From contig OZ059898.1 in assembly GCA_964057225.1 (NCBI GenBank), positions 17,112,001 through 17,176,000 of the forward strand: a stretch of DNA of 64,000 bases, in the 5' to 3' direction. The position numbers and the translations under genes were made by a program. The first letter of the stretch is position 1. Each line of letters opens with the position of its first letter. Below are positions 40,011 through 53,348 of the stretch, piece by piece. This stretch comes from Auanema rhodensis. Taxonomy: Eukaryota > Animalia > Nematoda. The notes under the pieces are model-generated. The model saw only the letters and a program-made list of their open reading frames with translations, did not search any database and had not been told where the DNA came from.

Positions 40011-42818
40011 CGTTTCTCAATGTAGTATAGTGCATTCGATGCGGATTTTTAAACTGCGTCGATCTGTGTTATCAGATTTGCGCTAGCTTAAAAATGCACC
40101 GAGATATCAACTGATATAAGTTCACACTTATATCCTCGATTTTCACCCTGAAGAATTATTTTTTTCGTTGAATAACATTGTCCATCGTCTTTGCCTTGAA
40201 AAAAGGAATCTAAAAACATCTACTTTTTGCTAAATTATTCTGAAATGTTTCGAAAAAATTTTTGTCAAAATGTTTTTGGAAGCAATTTTGAGTGTACATG
40301 GAAACTCAACATACACTAATGCATCATTTTTCAAACGATCATAACTAATTTTTGTATTAAGCGTTTCTCAATGTAGTATAGTGCATTTGATGCGGATTTT
40401 TAAGCTGCGTCGATCTGTGTTATCAAATTTGCGCTAGCTTAAAAATGCACCGAGATATCAACTGGTATAAGTTCACACTTATATCCTCGATTTTCACCCT
40501 GAAGAAATAATTTTTTCGTTGAATAACATTGTCCATCGTCTTTGCCTTGAAAAAAGGAATCTAAAAACATCTACTTTTTGCTAAATTATTCTGAAATTTT
40601 TCGAAAAAATTTTTGTCAAAATGTTTTTGGAAGCAATGTTGAGTGTACATGGAAACTCAACATACACTAATGCATCATTTTTCAAACGATCATAACTAAT
40701 TTTTGTATTAAGCGTTTCTCAATGTAGTATAGTGCATTCGATGCGGATTTTTAAACTGCGTCGATCTGTGTTATCAGATTTGCGCTAGCTTAAAAATGCA
40801 CCGAGATATGAACTGATATAAGTTCACACTTATATCCTCGATTTTCACCCTGAAGAATTATTTTTTTCGTTGAATAACATTGTCCATCGTCTTTGCCTTG
40901 AAAAAAGGAATCTAAAAACATCTACTTTTTGCTAAATTATTCTGAAATTTTTCGAAAAAATTTTTGTCAAAATGTTTTTGGAAGCAATGTTGAGTGTACA
41001 TGGAAACTCAACATACACTAATGCATCATTTTTCAAACGATCAGAACTAATTTTTGTATTAAGCGTTTCTCAATGTAGTATAGTGCATTCGATGCGGATT
41101 TTTAAACTGCGTCGATCTGTGTTATCAGATTTGCGCTAGCTTAAAAATGCACCGAGATATCAACTGATATAAGTTCACACTTATATCCTCGATTTTCACC
41201 CTGAAGAATTATTTTTTTCGTTGAATAACATTGTCCATCGTCTTTGCCTTGAAAAAAGGAATCTAAAAACATCTACTTTTTGCTAAATTATTCTGAAATT
41301 TTTCGAAAAAATTTTTGTCAAAATGTTTTTGGAAGCAATTTTGAGTGTACATGGAAACTCAACATACACTAATGCATCATTTTTCAAACGATCATAACTA
41401 ATTTTTGTATTAAGCGTTTCTCAATGTAGTATAGTGCATTTGATGCGGATTTTTAAACTGCGTCGATCTGTGTTATCAGATTTGCGCTAGCTTAAAAATG
41501 CACCGAGATATCAACTGATATAAGTTCACACTTATATCCTCGATTTTCACCCTGAAGAATTATTTTTTTCGTTGAATAACATTGTCCATCGTCTTTGCCT
41601 TGAAAAAAGGAATCTAAAAACATCTACTTTTTGCTAAATTATTCTGAAATTTTTCGAAAAAATTTTTGTCAAAATGTTTTTGGAAGCAATGTTGAGTGTA
41701 CATGGAAACTCAACATACACTAATGCATCATTTTTCAAACGATCATAACTAATTTTTGTATTAAGCGTTTCTCAATGTAGTATAGTGCATTCGATGCGGA
41801 TTTTTAAACTGCGTCGATCTGTGTTATCAGATTTGCGCTAGCTTAAAAATGCACCGAGATATCAACTGATATAAGTTCACACTTATATCCTCGATTTTCA
41901 CCCTGAAGAATTATTTTTTTCGTTGAATAACATTGTCCATCGTCTTTGCCTTGAAAAAAGGAATCTAAAAACATCTACTTTTTGCTAAATTATTCTGAAA
42001 TTTTTCGAAAAAATTTTTGTCAAAATGTTTTTGGAAGCAATGTTGAGTGTACATGGAAACTCAACATACACTAATGCATCATTTTTCAAACGATCATAAC
42101 TAATTTTTGTATTAAGCGTTTCTCAATGTAGTATAGTGCATTCGATGCGGATTTTTAAACTGCGTCGATCTGTGTTATCAGATTTGCGCTAGCTTAAAAA
42201 TGCACCGAGATATGAACTGATATAAGTTCACACTTATATCCTCGATTTTCACCCTGAAGAATTATTTTTTTCGTTGAATAACATTGTCCATCGTCTTTGC
42301 CTTGAAAAAAGGAATCTAAAAACATCTACTTTTTGCTAAATTATTCTGAAATTTTTCGAAAAAATTTTTGTCAAAATGTTTTTGGAAGCAATGTTGAGTG
42401 TACATGGAAACTCAACATACACTAATGCATCATTTTTCAAACGATCAGAACTAATTTTTGTATTAAGCGTTTCTCAATGTAGTATAGTGCATTCGATGCG
42501 GATTTTTAAACTGCGTCGATCTGTGTTATCAGATTTGCGCTAGCTTAAAAATGCACCGAGATATCAACTGATATAAGTTCACACTTATATCCTCGATTTT
42601 CACCCTGAAGAATTATTTTTTTCGTTGAATAACATTGTCCATCGTCTTTGCCTTGAAAAAAGGAATCTAAAAACATCTACTTTTTGCTAAATTATTCTGA
42701 AATTTTTCGAAAAAATTTTTGTCAAAATGTTTTTGGAAGCAATTTTGAGTGTACATGGAAACTCAACATACACTAATGCATCATTTTTCAAACGATCATA
42801 ACTAATTTTTGTATTAAG

Positions 42819-45800
42819 CGTTTCTCAATGTAGTATAGTGCATTCGATGCGGATTTTTAAACTGCGTCGATCTGTGTTATCAGATTTGCGCTAGCTTAAA
42901 AATGCACCGAGATATGAACTGATATAAGTTCACACTTATATCCTCGATTTTCACCCTGAAGAATTATTTTTTTCGTTGAATAACATTGTCCATCGTCTTT
43001 GCCTTGAAAAAAGGAATCTAAAAACATCTACTTTTTGCTAAATTATTCTGAAATTTTTCGAAAAAATTTTTGTCAAAATGTTTTTGGAAGCAATGTTGAG
43101 TGTACATGGAAACTCAACATACACTAATGCATCATTTTTCAAACGATCATAACTAATTTTTGTATTAAGCGTTTCTCAATGTAGTATAGTGCATTCGATG
43201 CGGATTTTTAAACTGCGTCGATCTGTGTTATCAGATTTGCGCTAGCTTAAAAATGCACCGAGATATCAACTGGTATAAGTTCACACTTATATCCTCGATT
43301 TTCACCCTGAAGAAATAATTTTTTCGTTGAATAACATTGTCCATCGTCTTTGCCTTGAAAAAAGGAATCTAAAAACATCTACTTTTTGCTAAATTATTCT
43401 GAAATTTTTCGAAAAAATTTTTGTCAAAATGTTTTTGGAAGCAATGTTGAGTGTACATGGAAACTCAACATACACTAATGCATCATTTTTCAAACGATCA
43501 TAACTAATTTTTGTATTAAGCGTTTCTCAATGTAGTATAGTGCATTCGATGCGGATTTTTAAACTGCGTCGATCTGTGTTATCAGATTTGCGCTAGCTTA
43601 AAAATGCACCGAGATATGAACTGATATAAGTTCACACTTATATCCTCGATTTTCACCCTGAAGAATTATTTTTTTCGTTGAATAACATTGTCCATCGTCT
43701 TTGCCTTGAAAAAAGGAATCTAAAAACATCTACTTTTTGCTAAATTATTCTGAAATTTTTCGAAAAAATTTTTGTCAAAATGTTTTTGGAAGCAATGTTG
43801 AGTGTACATGGAAACTCAACATACACTAATGCATCATTTTTCAAACGATCAGAACTAATTTTTGTATTAAGCGTTTCTCAATGTAGTATAGTGCATTCGA
43901 TGCGGATTTTTAAACTGCGTCGATCTGTGTTATCAGATTTGCGCTAGCTTAAAAATGCACCGAGATATCAACTGATATAAGTTCACACTTATATCCTCGA
44001 TTTTCACCCTGAAGAATTATTTTTTTCGTTGAATAACATTGTCCATCGTCTTTGCCTTGAAAAAAGGAATCTAAAAACATCTACTTTTTGCTAAATTATT
44101 CTGAAATTTTTCGAAAAAATTTTTGTCAAAATGTTTTTGGAAGCAATTTTGAGTGTACATGGAAACTCAACATACACTAATGCATCATTTTTCAAACGAT
44201 CATAACTAATTTTTGTATTAAGCGTTTCTCAATGTAGTATAGTGCATTTAATGCGGATTTTTAAGCTGCGTCGATCTGTGTTATCAAATTTGCGCTAGCT
44301 TAAAAATGCACCGAGATATCAACTGGTATAAGTTCACACTTATATCCTCGATTTTCACCCTGAAGAAATAATTTTTTCGTTGAATAACATTGTCCATCGT
44401 CTTTGCCTTGAAAAAAGGAATCTAAAAACATCTACTTTTTGCTAAATTATTCTGAAATTTTTCGAAAAAATTTTTGTCAAAATGTTTTTGGAAGCAATTT
44501 TGAGTGTGCATGGAAACTCAACATACACTAATGCATCATTTTTCAAACGATCATAACTAATTTTTGTATTAAGCGTTTCTCAATGTAGTATAGTGCATTT
44601 GATGCGGATTTTTAAGCTGCGTCGATCTGTGTTATCAAATTTGCGCTAGCTTAAAAATGCACCGAGATATCAACTGATATAAGTTCACACTTATATCCTC
44701 GATTTTCACCCTGAAGAAATAATTTTTTCGTTGAATAACATTGTCCATCGTCTTTGCCTTGAAAAACGGAATCTAAAAACATCTACTTTTTGCTAAATTA
44801 TTCTGAATATTTTCGAAAAAATTTTTGTCAAAATGTTTTTGGAAGCAATGTTGAGTGTACATGGAAACTCAACATACACTAATGCATCATTTTTCAAACG
44901 ATCATAACTAATTTTTGTATTAAGCGTTTCTCAATGTAGTATAGTGCATTCGATGCGGATTTTTAAACTGCGTCGATCTGTGTTATCAAATTTGCGCTAG
45001 CTTAAAAATGCACCGAGATATCAACTGGTATAAGTTCACACTTATATCCTCGATTTTCACCCTGAAGAAATAATTTTTTCGTTGAATAACATTGTCCATC
45101 GTCTTTGCCTTGAAAAAAGGAATCTAAAAACATCTACTTTTTGCTAAATTATTCTGAAATTTTTCGAAAAAATTTTTGTCAAAATGTTTTTGGAAGCAAT
45201 GTTGAGTGTACATGGAAACTCAACATACACTAATGCATCATTTTTCAAACGATCATAACTAATTTTTGTATTAAGCTTTTCTCAATGTAGTATAGTGCAT
45301 TTAATGCGGATTTTTAAACTGCGTCGATCTGTGTTATCAGATTTGCGCTAGCTTAAAAATGCACCGAGATATCAACTGGTATAAGTTCACACTTATATCC
45401 TCGATTTTCACCCTGAAGAAATAATTTTTTCGTTGAATAACATTGTCCATCGTCTTTGCCTTGAAAAAAGGAATCTAAAAACATCTACTTTTTGCTAAAT
45501 TATTCTGAAATTTTTCGAAAAAAGTTTTGTCAAAATGTTTTTGGAAGCAATGTTGAGTGTACATGGAAACTCAACATACACTAATGCATCATTTTTCAAA
45601 CGATCATAACTAATTTTTGTATTAAGCGTTTCTCAATGTAGTATAGTGCATTCGATGCGGATTTTTAAACTGCGTCGATCTGTGTTATCAGATTTGCGCT
45701 AGCTTAAAAATGCACCGAGATATCAACTGATATAAGTTCACACTTATATCCTCGATTTTCACCCTGAAGAATTATTTTTTTCGTTGAATAACATTGTCCA

Positions 45801-48800
45801 TCGTCTTTGCCTTGAAAAAAGGAATCTAAAAACATCTACTTTTTGCTAAATTATTCTGAAATTTTTCGAAAAAATTTTTGTCAAAATGTTTTTGGAAGCA
45901 ATGTTGAGTGTACATGGAAACTCAACATACACTAATGCATCATTTTTCAAACGATCATAACTAATTTTTGTATTAAGCGTTTCTCAATGTAGTATAGTGC
46001 ATTCGATGCGGATTTTTAAACTGCGTCGATCTGTGTTATCAAATTTGCGCTAGCTTAAAAATGCACCGAGATATCAACTGGTATAAGTTCACACTTATAT
46101 CCTCGATTTTCACCCTGAAGAAATAATTTTTTCGTTGAATAACATTGTCCATCGTCTTTGCCTTGAAAAAAGGAATCTAAAAACATCTACTTTTTGCTAA
46201 ATTATTCTGAAATTTTTCGAAAAAATTTTTGTCAAAATGTTTTTGGAAGCAATTTTGAGTGTACATGGAAACTCAACATACACTAATGCATCATTTTTCA
46301 AACGATCATAACTAATTTTTGTATTAAGCGTTTCTCAATGTAGTATAGTGCATTTAATGCGGATTTTTAAGCTGCGTCGATCTGTGTTATCAAATTTGCG
46401 CTAGCTTAAAAATGCACCGAGATATCAACTGGTATAAGTTCACACTTATATCCTCGATTTTCACCCTGAAGAAATAATTTTTTCGTTGAATAACATTGTC
46501 CATCGTCTTTGCCTTGAAAAAAGGAATCTAAAAACATCTACTTTTTGCTAAATTATTCTGAAATTTTTCGAAAAAATTTTTGTCAAAATGTTTTTGGAAG
46601 CAATGTTGAGTGTACATGGAAACTCAACATACACTAATGCATCATTTTTCAAACGATCATAACTAATTTTTGTATTAAGCGTTTCTCAATGTAGTATAGT
46701 GCATTTAATGCGGATTTTTGAGCTGCGTCGATCTGTGTTATCAAATTTGCGCTAGCTTAAAAATGCACCGAGATATCAACTGGTATAAGTTCACACTTAT
46801 ATCCTCGATTTTCACCCTGAAGAAATAATTTTTTCGTTGAATAACATTGTCCATCGTCTTTGCCTTGAAAAAAGGAATCTAAAAACATCTACTTTTTGCT
46901 AAATTATTCTGAAATTTTTCGAAAAAATTTTTGTCAAAATGTTTTTGGAAGCAATGTTGAGTGTACATGGAAACTCAACATACACTAATGCATCATTTTT
47001 CAAACGATCATAACTAATTTTTGTATTAAGCGTTTCTCAATGTAGTATAGTGCATTCGATGCGGATTTTTAAACTGCGTCGATCTGTGTTATCAGATTTG
47101 CGCTAGCTTAAAAATGCACCGAGATATCAACTGATATAAGTTCACACTTATATCCTCGATTTTCACCCTGAAGAATTATTTTTTTCGTTGAATAACATTG
47201 TCCATCGTCTTTGCCTTGAAAAAAGGAATCTAAAAACTTCTATTTTTTGCTAAATTATTTTGAAATTTTTCGAAAAAATTTTTGTCAAAATGTTTTTGGA
47301 AGCAATGTTGAGTGTACATGTAAACTCAACATACACTAATGCACCATTTTTCAAACAATCATAACTAATTTTTGTATTAAGCGTTTTTCAATGTAGTATA
47401 GTGCATTTGATGCGGATTTTTAAGCTGCGTCGATCTGTGTTATCAAATTTGCGCTAGCTTAAAAATGCACCGAGATATCAACTGATATAAGTTCACACTT
47501 ATATCCTCGATTTTCACCCTGAAGAAATAATTTTTTCGTTGAATAACATTGTCCATCGTCTTTGCCTTGAAAAACGGAATCTAAAAACATCTACTTTTTG
47601 CTAAATTATTCTGAAATTTTTCGAAAAAATTTTTGTCAAAATGTTTTTGGAAGCAATGTTGAGTGTACATGGAAACTCAACATACACTAATGCATCATTT
47701 TTCAAACGATCATAACTAATTTTTGTATTAAGCGTTTCTCAATGTAGTATAGTGCATTCGATGCGGATTTTTAAGCTGCGTCGATCTGTGTTATCAGATT
47801 TGCGCTAGCTTAAAAATGCACCGAGATATCAACTGATATAAGTTCACACTTATATCCTCGATTTTCACCCTGAAGAATTATTTTTTTCGTTGAATAACAT
47901 TGTCCATCGTCTTTGCCTTGAAAAAAGGAATCTAAAAACATCTACTTTTTGCTAAATTATTCTGAAATTTTTCGAAAAAATTTTTGTCAAAATGTTTTTG
48001 GAAGCAATGTTGAGTGTACATGGAAACTCAACATACACTAATGCATCATTTTTCAAACGATCATAACTAATTTTTGTATTAAGCGTTTCTCAATGTAGTA
48101 TAGTGCATTCGATGCGGATTTTTAAACTGCGTCGATCTGTGTTATCAGATTTGCGCTAGCTTAAAAATGCACCGAGATATCAACTGATATAAGTTCACAC
48201 TTATATCCTCGATTTTCACCCTGAAGAATTATTTTTTTCGTTGAATAACATTGTCCATCGTCTTTGCCTTGAAAAAAGGAATCTAAAAACATCTACTTTT
48301 TGCTAAATTATTCTGAAATTTTTCGAAAAAATTTTTGTCAAAATGTTTTTGGAAGCAATGTTGAGTGTACATGGAAACTCAACATACACTAATGCATCAT
48401 TTTTCAAACGATCATAACTAATTTTTGTATTAAGCGTTTCTCAATGTAGTATAGTGCATTCGATGCGGATTTTTAAACTGCGTCGATCTGTGTTATCAGA
48501 TTTGCGCTAGCTTAAAAATGCACCGAGATATGAACTGATATAAGTTCACACTTATATCCTCGATTTTCACCCTGAAGAATTATTTTTTTCGTTGAATAAC
48601 ATTGTCCATCGTCTTTGCCTTGAAAAAAGGAATCTAAAAACATCTACTTTTTGCTAAATTATTCTGAAATTTTTCGAAAAAATTTTTGTCAAAATGTTTT
48701 TGGAAGCAATGTTGAGTGTACATGGAAACTCAACATACACTAATGCATCATTTTTCAAACGATCATAACTAATTTTTGTATTAAGCGTTTCTCAATGTAG

Positions 48801-51800
48801 TATAGTGCATTCGATGCGGATTTTTAAACTGCGTCGATCTGTGTTATCAGATTTGCGCTAGCTTAAAAATGCACCGAGATATCAACTGGTATAAGTTCAC
48901 ACTTATATCCTCGATTTTCACCCTGAAGAAATAATTTTTTCGTTGAATAACATTGTCCATCGTCTTTGCCTTGAAAAAAGGAATCTAAAAACATCTACTT
49001 TTTGCTAAATTATTCTGAAATTTTTCGAAAAAATTTTTGTCAAAATGTTTTTGGAAGCAATGTTGAGTGTACATGGAAACTCAACATACACTAATGCATC
49101 ATTTTTCAAACGATCATAACTAATTTTTGTATTAAGCGTTTCTCAATGTAGTATAGTGCATTCGATGCGGATTTTTAAACTGCGTCGATCTGTGTTATCA
49201 GATTTGCGCTAGCTTAAAAATGCACCGAGATATGAACTGATATAAGTTCACACTTATATCCTCGATTTTCACCCTGAAGAATTATTTTTTTCGTTGAATA
49301 ACATTGTCCATCGTCTTTGCCTTGAAAAAAGGAATCTAAAAACATCTACTTTTTGCTAAATTATTCTGAAATTTTTCGAAAAAATTTTTGTCAAAATGTT
49401 TTTGGAAGCAATGTTGAGTGTACATGGAAACTCAACATACACTAATGCATCATTTTTCAAACGATCAGAACTAATTTTTGTATTAAGCGTTTCTCAATGT
49501 AGTATAGTGCATTCGATGCGGATTTTTAAACTGCGTCGATCTGTGTTATCAGATTTGCGCTAGCTTAAAAATGCACCGAGATATCAACTGATATAAGTTC
49601 ACACTTATATCCTCGATTTTCACCCTGAAGAATTATTTTTTTCGTTGAATAACATTGTCCATCGTCTTTGCCTTGAAAAAAGGAATCTAAAAACATCTAC
49701 TTTTTGCTAAATTATTCTGAAATTTTTCGAAAAAATTTTTGTCAAAATGTTTTTGGAAGCAATTTTGAGTGTACATGGAAACTCAACATACACTAATGCA
49801 TCATTTTTCAAACGATCATAACTAATTTTTGTATTAAGCGTTTCTCAATGTAGTATAGTGCATTTAATGCGGATTTTTAAGCTGCGTCGATCTGTGTTAT
49901 CAAATTTGCGCTAGCTTAAAAATGCACCGAGATATCAACTGGTATAAGTTCACACTTATATCCTCGATTTTCACCCTGAAGAAATAATTTTTTCGTTGAA
50001 TAACATTGTCCATCGTCTTTGCCTTGAAAAAAGGAATCTAAAAACATCTACTTTTTGCTAAATTATTCTGAAATTTTTCGAAAAAATTTTTGTCAAAATG
50101 TTTTTGGAAGCAATTTTGAGTGTGCATGGAAACTCAACATACACTAATGCATCATTTTTCAAACGATCATAACTAATTTTTGTATTAAGCGTTTCTCAAT
50201 GTAGTATAGTGCATTTGATGCGGATTTTTAAGCTGCGTCGATCTGTGTTATCAAATTTGCGCTAGCTTAAAAATGCACCGAGATATCAACTGATATAAGT
50301 TCACACTTATATCCTCGATTTTCACCCTGAAGAAATAATTTTTTCGTTGAATAACATTGTCCATCGTCTTTGCCTTGAAAAACGGAATCTAAAAACATCT
50401 ACTTTTTGCTAAATTATTCTGAATATTTTCGAAAAAATTTTTGTCAAAATGTTTTTGGAAGCAATGTTGAGTGTACATGGAAACTCAACATACACTAATG
50501 CATCATTTTTCAAACGATCATAACTAATTTTTGTATTAAGCGTTTCTCAATGTAGTATAGTGCATTCGATGCGGATTTTTAAACTGCGTCGATCTGTGTT
50601 ATCAAATTTGCGCTAGCTTAAAAATGCACCGAGATATCAACTGGTATAAGTTCACACTTATATCCTCGATTTTCACCCTGAAGAAATAATTTTTTCGTTG
50701 AATAACATTGTCCATCGTCTTTGCCTTGAAAAAAGGAATCTAAAAACATCTACTTTTTGCTAAATTATTCTGAAATTTTTCGAAAAAATTTTTGTCAAAA
50801 TGTTTTTGGAAGCAATGTTGAGTGTACATGGAAACTCAACATACACTAATGCATCATTTTTCAAACGATCATAACTAATTTTTGTATTAAGCGTTTCTCA
50901 ATGTAGTATAGTGCATTTGATGCGGATTTTTAAACTGCGTCGATCTGTGTTATCAGATTTTCGCTAGCTTAAAAATGCACCGAGATATCAACTGGTATAA
51001 GTTCACACTTATATCCTCGATTTTCACCCTGAAGAAATAATTTTTTCGTTGAATAACATTGTCCATCGTCTTTGCCTTGAAAAAAGGAATCTAAAAACAT
51101 CTACTTTTTGCTAAATTATTCTGAAATTTTTCGAAAAAAGTTTTGTCAAAATGTTTTTGGAAGCAATGTTGAGTGTACATGGAAACTCAACATACACTAA
51201 TGCATCATTTTTCAAACGATCATAACTAATTTTTGTATTAAGCGTTTCTCAATGTAGTATAGTGCATTCGATGCGGATTTTTAAACTGCGTCGATCTGTG
51301 TTATCAGATTTGCGCTAGCTTAAAAATGCACCGAGATATCAACTGATATAAGTTCACACTTATATCCTCGATTTTCACCCTGAAGAATTATTTTTTTCGT
51401 TGAATAACATTGTCCATCGTCTTTGCCTTGAAAAAAGGAATCTAAAAACATCTACTTTTTGCTAAATTATTCTGAAATTTTTCGAAAAAATTTTTGTCAA
51501 AATGTTTTTGGAAGCAATGTTGAGTGTACATGGAAACTCAACATACACTAATGCATCATTTTTCAAACGATCATAACTAATTTTTGTATTAAGCGTTTCT
51601 CAATGTAGTATAGTGCATTCGATGCGGATTTTTAAACTGCGTCGATCTGTGTTATCAAATTTGCGCTAGCTTAAAAATGCACCGAGATATCAACTGGTAT
51701 AAGTTCACACTTATATCCTCGATTTTCACCCTGAAGAAATAATTTTTTCGTTGAATAACATTGTCCATCGTCTTTGCCTTGAAAAAAGGAATCTAAAAAC

Positions 51801-53348
51801 ATCTACTTTTTGCTAAATTATTCTGAAATTTTTCGAAAAAATTTTTGTCAAAATGTTTTTGGAAGCAATTTTGAGTGTACATGGAAACTCAACATACACT
51901 AATGCATCATTTTTCAAACGATCATAACTAATTTTTGTATTAAGCGTTTCTCAATGTAGTATAGTGCATTTAATGCGGATTTTTAAGCTGCGTCGATCTG
52001 TGTTATCAAATTTGCGCTAGCTTAAAAATGCACCGAGATATCAACTGGTATAAGTTCACACTTATATCCTCGATTTTCACCCTGAAGAAATAATTTTTTC
52101 GTTGAATAACATTGTCCATCGTCTTTGCCTTGAAAAAAGGAATCTAAAAACATCTACTTTTTGCTAAATTATTCTGAAATTTTTCGAAAAAATTTTTGTC
52201 AAAATGTTTTTGGAAGCAATGTTGAGTGTACATGGAAACTCAACATACACTAATGCATCATTTTTCAAACGATCATAACTAATTTTTGTATTAACCGTTT
52301 CTCAATGTAGTATAGTGCATTCGATGCGGATTTTTAAACTGCGTCGATCTGTGTTATCAGATTTGCGCTAGCTTAAAAATGCACCGAGATATCAACTGAT
52401 ATAAGTTCACACTTATATCCTCGATTTTCACCCTGAAGAATTATTTTTTTCGTTGAATAACATTGTCCATCGTCTTTGCCTTGAAAAAAGGAATCTAAAA
52501 ACTTCTATTTTTTGCTAAATTATTTTGAAATTTTTCGAAAAAATTTTTGTCAAAATGTTTTTGGAAGCAATGTTGAGTGTACATGTAAACTCAACATACA
52601 CTAATGCACCATTTTTCAAACAATCATAACTAATTTTTGTATTAAGCGTTTTTCAATGTAGTATAGTGCATTTGATGCGGATTTTTAAGCTGCGTCGATC
52701 TGTGTTATCAAATTTGCGCTAGCTTAAAAATGCACCGAGATATCAACTGATATAAGTTCACACTTATATCCTCGATTTTCACCCTGAAGAAATAATTTTT
52801 TCGTTGAATAACATTGTCCATCGTCTTTGCCTTGAAAAACGGAATCTAAAAACATCTACTTTTTGCTAAATTATTCTGAAATTTTTCGAAAAAATTTTTG
52901 TCAAAATGTTTTTGGAAGCAATGTTGAGTGTACATGGAAACTCAACATACACTAATGCATCATTTTTCAAACGATCATAACTAATTTTTGTATTAAGCGT
53001 TTCTCAATGTAGTATAGTGCATTCGATGCGGATTTTTAAGCTGCGTCGATCTGTGTTATCAGATTTGCGCTAGCTTAAAAATGCACCGAGATATCAACTG
53101 ATATAAGTTCACACTTATATCCTCGATTTTCACCCTGAAGAATTATTTTTTTCGTTGAATAACATTGTCCATCGTCTTTGCCTTGAAAAAAGGAATCTAA
53201 AAACATCTACTTTTTGCTAAATTATTCTGAAATTTTTCGAAAAAATTTTTGTCAAAATGTTTTTGGAAGCAATGTTGAGTGTACATGGAAACTCAACATA
53301 CACTAATGCATCATTTTTCAAACGATCATAACAAATTTTTGTATTAAG
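42819..53348. repeat. ~16-monomer block duplication (period 5616 bp; M123-137 / M139-152)
   Basis: Shared markers are atcaGaact (M125/M141), aaaaCgg with gaaTAttt (M128/M144), aaaaGtttt (M130/M146) and the rare tract (M135-136/M150-151). The first copy has one extra monomer (M134). Confidence 0.88.
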
